Below, one piece after another: positions 28,901 to 37,125 of a stretch of DNA of 64,000 nt. Positions within the stretch are counted from its first letter, which is position 1. The number at the start of each line of letters is the position of its first letter. Both the position numbers and the translations under genes were made by a program. Below the pieces are notes generated by a model. That model saw nothing but the letters and a program-made list of their open reading frames with translations. It was not told where the DNA came from and did not search any database. Source of the DNA: Acidimicrobiales bacterium (GTDB lineage: Bacteria > Actinomycetota > Acidimicrobiia > Acidimicrobiales > Poriferisodalaceae); the NCBI GenBank assembly GCA_965213585.1, contig CBDBZP010000005.1:1329376-1393375 (forward strand), read 5' to 3'.

Positions 28901-29402
28901 GCTCGCCTTCACCGGCTTCGACGGCACCGAGCGCACGGAGCGCGTCCTTCTCACTGACGGAGGCGTCTACGACAACCTCGGCGTCACAGCTCTTCAACCC
29001 GGCCGGAAACCCCGCTACAGCACGAACGTTCACCCGGTGGACTTCATCGTGTCCGCCGACGCCGGCTATGGCGTCCTTGACACCGACAAGTGGCCGTTGT
29101 GGTGGCCCACACGGATGAAGCGATCCTTCGAGTCCGTGTATCGGAAGGTCCAGGACGCCGGTAGGGGCCTCCTGCACGAGCACCGTGACAACAGAAAGAT
29201 CCGCGGGTTCGCGCTTCCGTTCCTCGGCATGAACGACCGGGCGCTACCGCTCCGGCCACCCGACCTCGTGCCGCGCGACGCCGTCGCCGGATACCCGACG
29301 AACTTCGCAGCGATGACCGACGACGACCTCGCGCTCCTCACCCTGCGCGGCGAACAGCTCGTGCGGCTCACGATCGAAGCGCACTGCCCCGAGATCGCGT
29401 GA
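25992..29402 (+). CDS. Four-module fusion protein: E2-like + E1-like (ThiF/MoeB) + JAB/JAMM peptidase + patatin-like phospholipase
   Basis: E2-like APHVQWKRSLCLY (Cys96, 26277-26279). E1 Rossmann VAVWGCGAIGSHVAEILVRAGV...LSRQ (27039-27056) and Cys529 (27576-27578). JAMM E622 plus HTHPDGPPRPSPTD (28047-28088). Patatin GGGFRA (28296-28313), SVSGG (28386-28400) and DGG (28956-28964). ATGA overlap with the MBL gene. Confidence 0.9.
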   Translation: MTPGQVQAEAELRRIAAASPGAIEIDSITHTGSSMVAVVGVDCRGFDHVEGGIKLRQREWFDISVPAKFPFKPPSAWVRHERWAGAPHVQWKRSLCLYVATAVEWNPSDGMYGFLDRLVRWLREAALNQLDPVGGPQHPPVAYPSPGTPLFIPRVDTPAVGLASWAGFAEFTSPADRRHDLVGWHKIGSDNLRPEARYAAAVLLNEPLPFEFPRYLGHLIRDLERGRFDKDVLYLLLGIAAQRLKEDEPLYVVIGTPMRATAEGEPRQHLAVWRLDAEPADSFKTLLIDAGDNQRMRELLARLEEAVDKWAQVAPVEWCKVREARPEVTQDRASGSPLRVFEGRKVAVWGCGAIGSHVAEILVRAGVAHLVLRDSGIVAPGVLSRQWFDDSDIGESKAAALKDHLLAINPDLQVDAHHGDVITDSGIESDWTDGASLVVEATANNAVSRYLETRRMNSSRAAHVATLVFGHTAEHGRATFIPSESGAGPADAARNAKLAALRNPDLRAFADEFWPDPPRTAYFQPEPRCSEPTFTGSEAEVSALTAYMVGFVAQEFHSGQESISAFYASVADDGPNSSVVRFAADLVLNEPFGGYEVRIAASALAELRAWTRRSERNAPGHETGGVLFGERDDALQVIWVTDILGPPPDSQASPCAFICGIDGVDDAAAYFQTRARDSSSPIGMWHTHPDGPPRPSPTDRGGMAQLVGNDDRPLPKQLLLIVGGSRESHNLAAYTYDSDTPPPATFEVATRPLPVDGRPPHRIGLALSGGGFRAVAFHLGVLRGLHDRGVLEHVDVVSSVSGGSIIAAMWAYSDDSFEEFDARVVSLLKGGLTGKLLGVALRRGPQAAASSVVAAAGSAWNLAAGIARRVTGTARRPAEPPFRRAVTRTRALEDVFAARLFGQATVDEPLRPLATVINAAELRSGNAFRYGSAEGGSSRFGRLTGPAPTVARAVTASAAYPVAFPAMDDVLAFTGFDGTERTERVLLTDGGVYDNLGVTALQPGRKPRYSTNVHPVDFIVSADAGYGVLDTDKWPLWWPTRMKRSFESVYRKVQDAGRGLLHEHRDNRKIRGFALPFLGMNDRALPLRPPDLVPRDAVAGYPTNFAAMTDDDLALLTLRGEQLVRLTIEAHCPEIA

Positions 29403-29930
29403 ACTCGCACCCGTCACCGCTGGAGACGGCATCGCTCCCGCACGCGAATGTTTATAAGAGCCCTCAACGAAACAGGCCGCCCGCTGCCTATGACCGTCGA
29501 CGCTCTACGCCATGCACAATCGACTGGGAGATCGGTACGGCGGTCCCGCCCCAAGTGGCGAGATCCGGTGACCCACCGGAGCAGCCCCAATGTGCCGTTG
29601 GCGGACATGGGTGGCGAGCGCCCGGAACGGCACGACGGCCGACGCAACGGCTCGTGCGCGACTCGGCGTTCGTCACGCTGCGTACAGGCCGGGACGAGGA
29701 CTCTGTCGGCGTGAGTGCGCGGTTCCTACTAGTCGCTGACGGCCCCTCCGCCTCGCGTGCTGGCGGTGACGTCTCGCTGTTCGGAGCCGAACCACCTGAC
29801 GATGGTGGTCCGTCGTCGTCGGACCCGGCAGGGCGGGCCGTGACCGACCCGCTCAGCGTAGGCCAGCCGGCCATCGGGTCGACCCGGTCCGTGGGTGGCA
29901 CCCGCCGTGGGCTGCGGGATCACCGACGGG

Positions 29931-31136
29931 TCAGTTGCCCGGGGTCCTTCCGCCGGCAGCGTCGCCTCGGCGACCCGTGGTTGGGGGCGGCGCGATCTGG
30001 GCGGTGATCCAGGCGGCCAGGCCGGGGAGGGCGAACTCGACGTGGCCGTAGCCGGCCGGGGTGAGGAGATGGTGCTCGCGAATGAGGCTGTCGCGCACCG
30101 GTGAGAGCTGGCGGTGGGTGCGACCCAGGGCCTCGGCGATGGCGCCGGTCGGCACTCGCTCGACGCCGAGCGACGCCGCTGCGGTCAGGTAGCGCTGCTC
30201 TCCGGGGCTCAGTCGATCCCACCGGCCGGCGTAGAGGTTGCGTTCGAGCTGGCGGGCCGCCTCGGCTGCGCCGGTGCGGGCGTGGGCCACGCCGACGACG
30301 TCGATGTCGGCGGCGGCGTCCCAGGTGTGCTTGCCTGCCAGTTGGATGGCGTAGGGGTAGCCGCCGGTGGCGGCCCACAGCACGTCGAGGGCGTCAGGGT
30401 GCACGTCTCTCCCCGCTCGCAGGAACGGCGCCTCCAGCGCGTCAAGGGTCCCGTCCCGGTCGAGGTTGGCCAGCACCGTCAGGTCCTGACGCTCGATGAA
30501 GGTCGTCCCTGGGGTGGCGGCGAGAACCTCGCGAACGTGGGGTAACCCGGCGGCCAGCAACGCCACCGGGAGGCGCCGCTGGTTGGCGACGAGCTGCAGT
30601 GTGCCCGACAGCGCAGCCAGGTCGGCGGCGGAGGCGCCTTGGAGCTCGTCGACGACCAGGAGCACTGACAGGCGCCGCTCGGCGGCCTGGCGGCCGAGGT
30701 CCTCGACGAGCGCCGTCACAGAACGGGCCGGGACGGGCTGGGACCTTGTGAACTCGGCCCGGGCGCCGCCCAGTGGGGTGGTGGCCTCGATGCTGGCGGG
30801 CCGCACGCTGCGCCCGGCCCGGCGCAGCGTGCCGACCAGTCGGGGCTCGAGGCCCGGGAGCTGCTCGGCGAGCATCTGGGCTAGACCCCAGTCGGGGCGG
30901 CCCGCCCAGTTCAGGTCCAGCCAGCCCCACTCGTCGATGACGTGACGGCGGACGTGGTCCAACAGCACGGTCTTGCCCGTCCCGCGGGGCCCGACGACGA
31001 TGGTGTGATACTCGCCCCGGCCCGGGCCCCGCTGGAGGTTCATCAGGATCTGGTGGATCAGCTCGCCCCGCCCGGCCAGCACCGGCGGGGCCACCCCGTA
31101 GCCGGGGTTGAACGGGTTCTCGCCGTAAGACTCCAT
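29931..31136 (-). CDS. AAA/ORC-like ATPase with a C-terminal winged-helix domain
   Basis: Walker A VVGPRGTGKTVLL. Walker B LLVVDELQ. C-terminal LSPGEQRYLTAAASLG...IAEALGRTHRQLSPVRDSLI. Confidence 0.75.
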   Translation of the reverse strand: MESYGENPFNPGYGVAPPVLAGRGELIHQILMNLQRGPGRGEYHTIVVGPRGTGKTVLLDHVRRHVIDEWGWLDLNWAGRPDWGLAQMLAEQLPGLEPRLVGTLRRAGRSVRPASIEATTPLGGARAEFTRSQPVPARSVTALVEDLGRQAAERRLSVLLVVDELQGASAADLAALSGTLQLVANQRRLPVALLAAGLPHVREVLAATPGTTFIERQDLTVLANLDRDGTLDALEAPFLRAGRDVHPDALDVLWAATGGYPYAIQLAGKHTWDAAADIDVVGVAHARTGAAEAARQLERNLYAGRWDRLSPGEQRYLTAAASLGVERVPTGAIAEALGRTHRQLSPVRDSLIREHHLLTPAGYGHVEFALPGLAAWITAQIAPPPTTGRRGDAAGGRTPGN

Positions 31137-31231
31137 AAGACTCCGGCCCTCGGTGCGAAGGAGGAATGTGCTGAGCTGGTTCTAGACTGTACTAGACTGT
31201 TGTTTGCGGCTGGGGCGGCGGGCTACGGGCC

Positions 31232-33478
31232 TCACGGGTCGCTGCGGGGCCCGATGGGCGCTCGGGCCAGGACGATGTCGTCGAGGTAGAGGTGGGTGGG
31301 GCGGTCGACGCCGGCGGGGCCGCCGTAGAAGGTGTCCATGCGGATCTCGTTGATTCCCCAGCCGAAGGTCTGGTGGGTGGGCCCGTAGAAGGTGACGGTC
31401 AGGTCGAGGCCTTCGGTGCCGTTGACCCAGCCGGTGATGCGGCCGTCGTGGCGGCCGGGGGTGTTGATCCGGTAGCGGACCTCGATGGTGTTCCACGCCC
31501 CTTTGGTGAGCCGCAGGGGGGCGCCGTTGGGGCGGCGGAAGTAGGGGTCGATGCCGACGTAGCGGCCGTCGGGGCGGGGGCCGTCGCTGATGTGCTCGCT
31601 GCCGGCGGCCCAGACGTAGAAGTAGCCGACGAGCGCGCACCCGGAGCGCCACATGAGCCGGCCCGACCAGGCCGACTGGTGGTAGGTGCCGCCACCTGAG
31701 CCGGATCCGGGTGCGGTGCCGGCTCTCGGGTTGCCGGCCAGGCCGGGGAGCTTCCCGCCGACGGTGTCGCACCCGAAGTCGCCCGGGACGTAGAGCCGGT
31801 AGCGGAGGTACAGCTCGTCTTCCCAGGCCCGGGGGTGACCGAGGGCGGTGAGGGTCTGGTGGTAGCGGGCCCCGAACTTGGCTGAGTCGGTGTGGGCGGG
31901 CTGGCTGTGGGGGTTGAAGTCGACCCGCAGGGCTTGGCCGTGACCGCCGGGCGGGGCGGGCACGGCGCGGAGGCGCCGCCCGTCGGGGCCGGTGCCGTCG
32001 TCGGGCCCGAACGTGGCCGAGATCCCGTAGTCGGCCCACCAGCGCGGTCCGGGGTGGTCGTAGGTGCCCATCCAGATGACGTCGGCCCGGCCGGCGAGGC
32101 GGGCCTCGGCGGTGGGGGTGTCGGCGTCGCCCAGCACCCGCCCGGGGACCGCCGACGCCCCGGCTACGTCGCCAGGGTCAGCCGGGGGCGCGGGTGGTGG
32201 CGGCGGGGGGGTCTCGAACGCGACGTGAAAATGGTGGCGGTGGAGGCTGTTGGTGAACCAGCCCGGCCGGCGGGCCAGGTCGGCCCAGGGCTGGCCGACC
32301 TCGTCGGGGCTGAGCAGGTCAGCGGGCCGCCCGGCCAGGTAGTCGGCTAGGGCCCGGGCGTGGGGGTTGGTGGCGGTGACGGGCACCGCCGGGCTGTCGG
32401 CGGGTCCGACCAGGGCGATGTCGGTGGCCCGCCCGTAGTAGTGGTTCGAGACCGAGCAGCCCGGCCCGGTGTTGGCGCCGCCGGGGAGGACGGCGCAGCG
32501 GGAGTGGCCGGTGGCGAAGTTGATCAGGTGCAGCCGCCACCGCCCGGCCAGCTCGGCCAGGAGGGCCACGAGGCGCCAGTCCACCGTGCCCGCTTCGAGG
32601 TCGGCCCGGGCGGCGGCGCTCATGGTCACGTTCGGGTGCGCCAGGAGCACGGCCACCTCGACGGGACCGCCGCCGGTGAGGGTGTAGCGGGCGGCCCAGG
32701 CCAGGACGTCGTCGGCGTAGACGCTCGAGCGGTTGTAGGCCCACAGGGCCCGGCGTTCGTCGTTCTCGTCGTCGATGCGGCCTCCGGCGGCGTGGCAGAG
32801 GTAGTCGGCGGCGCCGACGGCGGCGTCGGGGTAGGTGTGGGGGCTGGCGGTGCCGTCACCGTCGGCGTCGACACCCCACGCGGCCCAGGTGGCGGTGATG
32901 AACTGCATGGGTCCGGTGGCCCGGTCCCAGCGGGGGTCGTCGTGCCAGGGGCTCCCCCCGGCCGGGACGGCGATGGCGGCGACGCCTGGTGAGCCGTCGA
33001 GGGCGGGGCCGACGATGGGTGGGGTGACGTCGAGGTCGGCGGTGAGGGTGGCGCTCCCGTAGCGGCCGTGGTCGGACTCGATCTTGGCCACGGCGGCGAG
33101 GAGCTGCCAGCGCAGCCCCGGGCAGCGGGCGGCGGCGTCGGCGTAGACGCCGAGGAGCACGGCGGGGATGTCGGCGACGGCGCCGCCGGCGACGGCGGGC
33201 TGGGTGAGACGGGGGGCGGCCACCAGCAGCGGCAGACCCATCGTCGTGGCCAGCATCCCGGTGACCGCGGCGGCGGCCACGATCGCTCTGGGGCGGCCTC
33301 GCCGTTGCTGTCGGCGGCGGGCGACCCAACGGAGGGCGGGCAGGGCGGGACCGGTCACGTCTCTCCCGAGAGTCCACCCGGCAGCCCGGGTGCCGCCCGC
33401 TCGGGTCCGGCGCCCATGTGGGCGGTAGCGGCGCGACGGATCGGCGGGGGGCGGCCTCTTGGGGTTGGGAGGCGCCAC
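31232..33478 (-). CDS. Three-domain cell-wall hydrolase: lytic transglycosylase + LAS/M15-type metallopeptidase + C-terminal polysaccharide-lyase/concanavalin-like domain
   Basis: SLT-like LLAAVAKIESDHGRYG...GPMQF. LAS motifs SNHYYGRATDI and HRHHFHVAF. The C-terminal part GGTYHQSAWSGRLMWR...WNTIEVRYRINTPGRHDGRITGWVNG resembles the PL14-like fold. Confidence 0.75.
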   Translation of the reverse strand: MAPPNPKRPPPADPSRRYRPHGRRTRAGGTRAAGWTLGRDVTGPALPALRWVARRRQQRRGRPRAIVAAAAVTGMLATTMGLPLLVAAPRLTQPAVAGGAVADIPAVLLGVYADAAARCPGLRWQLLAAVAKIESDHGRYGSATLTADLDVTPPIVGPALDGSPGVAAIAVPAGGSPWHDDPRWDRATGPMQFITATWAAWGVDADGDGTASPHTYPDAAVGAADYLCHAAGGRIDDENDERRALWAYNRSSVYADDVLAWAARYTLTGGGPVEVAVLLAHPNVTMSAAARADLEAGTVDWRLVALLAELAGRWRLHLINFATGHSRCAVLPGGANTGPGCSVSNHYYGRATDIALVGPADSPAVPVTATNPHARALADYLAGRPADLLSPDEVGQPWADLARRPGWFTNSLHRHHFHVAFETPPPPPPAPPADPGDVAGASAVPGRVLGDADTPTAEARLAGRADVIWMGTYDHPGPRWWADYGISATFGPDDGTGPDGRRLRAVPAPPGGHGQALRVDFNPHSQPAHTDSAKFGARYHQTLTALGHPRAWEDELYLRYRLYVPGDFGCDTVGGKLPGLAGNPRAGTAPGSGSGGGTYHQSAWSGRLMWRSGCALVGYFYVWAAGSEHISDGPRPDGRYVGIDPYFRRPNGAPLRLTKGAWNTIEVRYRINTPGRHDGRITGWVNGTEGLDLTVTFYGPTHQTFGWGINEIRMDTFYGGPAGVDRPTHLYLDDIVLARAPIGPRSDP

Positions 33479-33514
33479 CGCAGGGGTGCGCCGCCCGAGA
33501 CCGAGAGGAGTCGA

Positions 33515-33802
33515 ATGGTGATGCCGGCACAGGCGGTAGTGGCCCAGGTGGGGGGCAGCCCGGACAACTCAGGGCCGGGTTCGGAGCTGATCCAGCAGGC
33601 CACGAACTGGCTGATGTCCTACGGGCTGTGGGCGTGCCTGGCGGCCGTGCTGGCCGGCGCCGCCCTGTACGCCCTGGGCCAGTCGTCGGGCTCGTACGGG
33701 GGTGGGGGCACCGGCAAGAAGATGATCATCGGCGGCGCCGCCGGCGCCGCCATCATCGGGCTGGGCCCGTCGGTCATCAACGCCGTCTTCAACGCCACCT
33801 GA
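33515..33802 (+). CDS. Small two-TM membrane protein (possible VirB2/TrbC-like pilin analogue)
   Basis: ATG 33515 behind gagaggag. Reads ATNWLMSYGLWACLAAVLAGAALYALG...GGGGTGKKMIIGGAAGAAIIGLGPSVI. Confidence 0.5.
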   Translation: MVMPAQAVVAQVGGSPDNSGPGSELIQQATNWLMSYGLWACLAAVLAGAALYALGQSSGSYGGGGTGKKMIIGGAAGAAIIGLGPSVINAVFNAT

Positions 33803-33808
33803 TCGCCG

Positions 33809-34501
33809 GTGGCCCGCACCCGCTTGCTGATCGTCGCCGCCGTGGCCCTGGTGACCGGGGCCGCCGCCGGGCGCCTGACCGCCCCCAGCCCCCACCCCGA
33901 CACCGAACCTGACCGGCCCGCCGGGACGACCGTCGACGTGGAGGCGCCGGCGGCGGACGGGTGGGCGGGGCTGGTGGGCCGGGTGGTGGAACTCAACGAC
34001 GCCAACCAGGCCTGGGTGTACTCGACCGACGCCGACGTCGCCGCCGAGGTGGCGGCGATGACGGCGCCGGGGGCCCGGGACGGGATCGTCACCGACGTGA
34101 CCGCCCAGCTGGGCGGGCTACGGGACCGGCTGGACCGCCGGGCGCCGGTGTGGTGGGTCTCGCGGACGCTGGCGGTGCGGGTCACCGACGCCGACTTCGA
34201 AGCGGGGACGGCCACGGCCGAGGCGTGGGCGGTCCACGTCCTGTCCCAGCGCGGCACCGTCGACCCGACCGTCACCTGGACCCTCACCGCCCTGGACCTG
34301 GTCCGCGTCGACGGGGTGTGGCTCCTGGCCGCGGTGTCAGACGGCCCGGGACCCGCCCCGGCCCCCGGGCCGGGGGCGTGGCATGTCGACGCCGTCACCC
34401 TCGACGCCCGCCTGGACGGCTTCGCGCTCATCGGCGCCGACGGCGGCCCCCAGTTCCCCCCGCCCCCCAGCCCCGGCGACGGGCGGGAGGGGGGACGGTG
34501 A
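33809..34501 (+). CDS. Membrane-anchored hypothetical protein
   Basis: GTG 33809. A single N-terminal TM segment. Confidence 0.5.
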   Translation: MARTRLLIVAAVALVTGAAAGRLTAPSPHPDTEPDRPAGTTVDVEAPAADGWAGLVGRVVELNDANQAWVYSTDADVAAEVAAMTAPGARDGIVTDVTAQLGGLRDRLDRRAPVWWVSRTLAVRVTDADFEAGTATAEAWAVHVLSQRGTVDPTVTWTLTALDLVRVDGVWLLAAVSDGPGPAPAPGPGAWHVDAVTLDARLDGFALIGADGGPQFPPPPSPGDGREGGR

Positions 34502-35604
34502 GCGGGCGTCCGGCCGGTGCGTGGGTGCTGGCGTTCAACCCGTTCGAGCTGCTGGACACGGCGGTGGGCTGGATCGCGGGGCGGGCCGGGGACGTGATCG
34601 CCGGCACGGCCGAGGGGATGCTGAACCTGGTGGCCGGCTGGGTCATCGACGGGGCCTTCTACGTGACCGGCCTGGTCTTCGACGCCGTGTTCGCGGTCAG
34701 CTCCCCGCAGTTGACCTCACCGTGGTTCTCGGGGCCTACGGGCCCGTACCGGATGATGGTCAACGTCGGCGCCAGCCTCCTGGTCGGCGCGGTGTGCGTG
34801 GGGGTCATCCGGGGGGTCGCCACCGGCGACGTGGGCGCCATGACCCGACGGTTCGCGCTGGGCCTGCCCGGGGCGGCGTTCATCCTGGCCACGGTGGTGG
34901 TGTTCGCCCAGGTGGGCGTGGACGTCGTCGACGAGCTGTCGGCATGGGTGTGGGACACCGGCGGCACCAACGCCGAAGCCCTCGCCGACGGGCTGCTGGG
35001 GATCAGCGACCAGGTGGCGGCCACCTCGGGGGTGATCCCGCTGGTGATGGTGGTCGTGGCGTTCGTGTTGATGGTGGCCGCCCTGTTGGTGTTCGTGGTG
35101 CTGATCGTGCGCTCGGCGCTGATCTACCTGCTGGTGGCACTCATCCCCCTGGCCGTGGTGGCGCTGGTCACCGGCCACCGGGCCGTGTTCGCCAAGACCA
35201 TGGAGCTGCTGGTGGCCTTCGTGGCCGCCAAGCTGGTGGTGGTCCTGGCGTTGGTGCTGGGCACGGCCGCCTTCACCGGCACCGGCGCAGCCGAGTTCAC
35301 CAGCCCCCCTCCGGGCGGACCCGACGGCACCCCCGCCGCGCTGGTCGCCACCGTCGACGGCTGCGACGACACCGCGGCGGCGACGTGCGTGGCCGACACC
35401 ACCGGCCTGGCTCAGGCCATCGGGGCCATGTTCGTGGGGGTGGTGGCGTTCGGGTTGGGGACCTTCAGTCCGTGGCTGCTGATGCGGCTCATGCCCGGCG
35501 GGGAGGCCACCCAGACCGCCCACCCGTCCCCGGGGGGGATCATGCACGTCGCCCACACCGCCGGCACCCTGCGGCCCCGCCCCCGCCCGACCCGGGGGGC
35601 CTGA
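34498..35604 (+). CDS. Polytopic membrane protein, VirB6/TrbL-like by position and topology
   Basis: GTGA overlap with the upstream gene. At least 6 hydrophobic segments. Confidence 0.55.
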   Translation: MSGRPAGAWVLAFNPFELLDTAVGWIAGRAGDVIAGTAEGMLNLVAGWVIDGAFYVTGLVFDAVFAVSSPQLTSPWFSGPTGPYRMMVNVGASLLVGAVCVGVIRGVATGDVGAMTRRFALGLPGAAFILATVVVFAQVGVDVVDELSAWVWDTGGTNAEALADGLLGISDQVAATSGVIPLVMVVVAFVLMVAALLVFVVLIVRSALIYLLVALIPLAVVALVTGHRAVFAKTMELLVAFVAAKLVVVLALVLGTAAFTGTGAAEFTSPPPGGPDGTPAALVATVDGCDDTAAATCVADTTGLAQAIGAMFVGVVAFGLGTFSPWLLMRLMPGGEATQTAHPSPGGIMHVAHTAGTLRPRPRPTRGA

Positions 35605-35607
35605 GCG

Positions 35608-37125
35608 GTGCCCACGACGACCGGCCCCGCCGGCCCGCCCCGGGTGGGGGAGGGGCGGGTGCTGGCCTTCACGTTCGCCTCCCACCGGGGCGGCGGCCTG
35701 TTCCTCGGGCTGGGGGCAGCCCAGCTGGGAATCCTCGCCGTCGGCCTGGCCGTGGGGTTCGCCGGCTTCCGGGCCGGCGCCCCCGCCGCCGCGCTGGGCG
35801 CCCTGGCGGTGGCGGCCACCCTGGCCCTGGGCCAGGTCGGCGGCCTGTACCTGTGGGAGCACACCCGAGCCCTAGCCGTCGGCGCCCTGGCCGCCGCCAC
35901 CCGACGCCGCTGGCAGGCACCACCGGCCTCGCATCACTTGGGCCCGGTCCCCGGCGTCGAGGCGTCCCTGCCGGGGTGCCTGGCCGGGGTGGAGCTGCGC
36001 TCAGGGACCGGGCCCCTCTCCGGCGCCGGGCTCGTCTACGACCGCGCCGACCGGTCCCTGACCGTCACCGTCGGGGTCCCCGGGGTGGCGTTCACCCTGC
36101 TGTCGGGCGACGAGCAGCTGGGCCTGCTGGCCGGCTGGGGGGAGGTGCTACGCGCCTTCGCCACCGAACGGGGCCCGGTCGTACGGGTCGGCTGGTCTGA
36201 CTGGGCGGTCCCCGCCGCGCTGGCCGACCATCACGCCTGGGCCGCCACCCAACCGGGCGGACCCCCCGCCGCCCGGGACTCCTACACCGCCCTGCTGGGC
36301 GGGGTGGCCGGTGAGGCCACCAGTCACGACGTCACCGTCACCGTCACCGTGACCGCGGCGCGCTCCCGCCCGGCCGGCAGCGGCCGACCCGGATCGGCCG
36401 CCCACCTCGACCGCCTCGAGCACCTCGCCGCCCAGGCCGCCGCCGACCTGACCGCCGCCCTGCGCCAGGCCGGGCTGTCACCCACCGAACCGCTGACCGC
36501 CACCCAGATGGCCCTTGCCGTCCGGGAACGAGTCGACCCCTTCGGGTGGCGGCCCGACCCCGCCGTCGGAACCCTGGTGGACCGCCTCGGGCTGGGCGCC
36601 GTGGGCCCCGCCCGAGCGGACCTGGCCCGCCGCCACCTCACCGTCGACGCCGCCTCCCACCGCGTCTACCAGATCCTCCAGCTCCCCCAGACCCCCCTGC
36701 CCGCCGACTGGTTCCGGCCCGTCCTGCAGACCACCGGGCTCCGCCGGGCCATCACCGCCGTCCTCGAGCCCGTCGCCCCGTCGCTCAGCCGCCGGCGTAC
36801 CGCCCGGGAGATCCTCCGCCTCGAATCCGACGCCGACACCCGCGTCGAACGGGGCTTCCGGGTCTCAGCCGCCCACCGACGCGCCGTCGCCGACGCCGAA
36901 ACCCGAGAACAAGAACTCATTTCCGGGTTCCCCGAGTACACGGCCGCCCTGTTCGTCTGCGTCACCGCCCCCGACCCCGACCACCTCGACGAGGACTGCG
37001 CCACCCTCGAAGCCACCGCCCGCCAACACGGCCTCCTGCTACGACCCCGCGACGGCGAACACGACCTGGCCTGGGCCACCAGCCTGCCCCTCGGTCTCGG
37101 TCTCACCCCCGCCGGACTCCAATGA
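35608..37125 (+). CDS. SCO6880-like conjugation membrane protein
   Basis: An N-terminal double TM segment (GGGLFLGLGAAQLGILAVGLAVGFAGF) precedes a large soluble domain. It sits immediately upstream of the VirB4-like ATPase, as in actinobacterial ICEs. Confidence 0.55.
   Translation: MPTTTGPAGPPRVGEGRVLAFTFASHRGGGLFLGLGAAQLGILAVGLAVGFAGFRAGAPAAALGALAVAATLALGQVGGLYLWEHTRALAVGALAAATRRRWQAPPASHHLGPVPGVEASLPGCLAGVELRSGTGPLSGAGLVYDRADRSLTVTVGVPGVAFTLLSGDEQLGLLAGWGEVLRAFATERGPVVRVGWSDWAVPAALADHHAWAATQPGGPPAARDSYTALLGGVAGEATSHDVTVTVTVTAARSRPAGSGRPGSAAHLDRLEHLAAQAAADLTAALRQAGLSPTEPLTATQMALAVRERVDPFGWRPDPAVGTLVDRLGLGAVGPARADLARRHLTVDAASHRVYQILQLPQTPLPADWFRPVLQTTGLRRAITAVLEPVAPSLSRRRTAREILRLESDADTRVERGFRVSAAHRRAVADAETREQELISGFPEYTAALFVCVTAPDPDHLDEDCATLEATARQHGLLLRPRDGEHDLAWATSLPLGLGLTPAGLQ

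Noticed and set aside
29399-30007. 202-aa plus-strand ORF and other ORFs in the gap after the fusion gene, considered as a possible missing Ubl or cyclase.
   Set aside because: Arg/Pro/Ser-rich composition, no beta-grasp-sized ORF ending in Gly-Gly, no nucleotidyltransferase motif, and overlap with the ATPase gene end.
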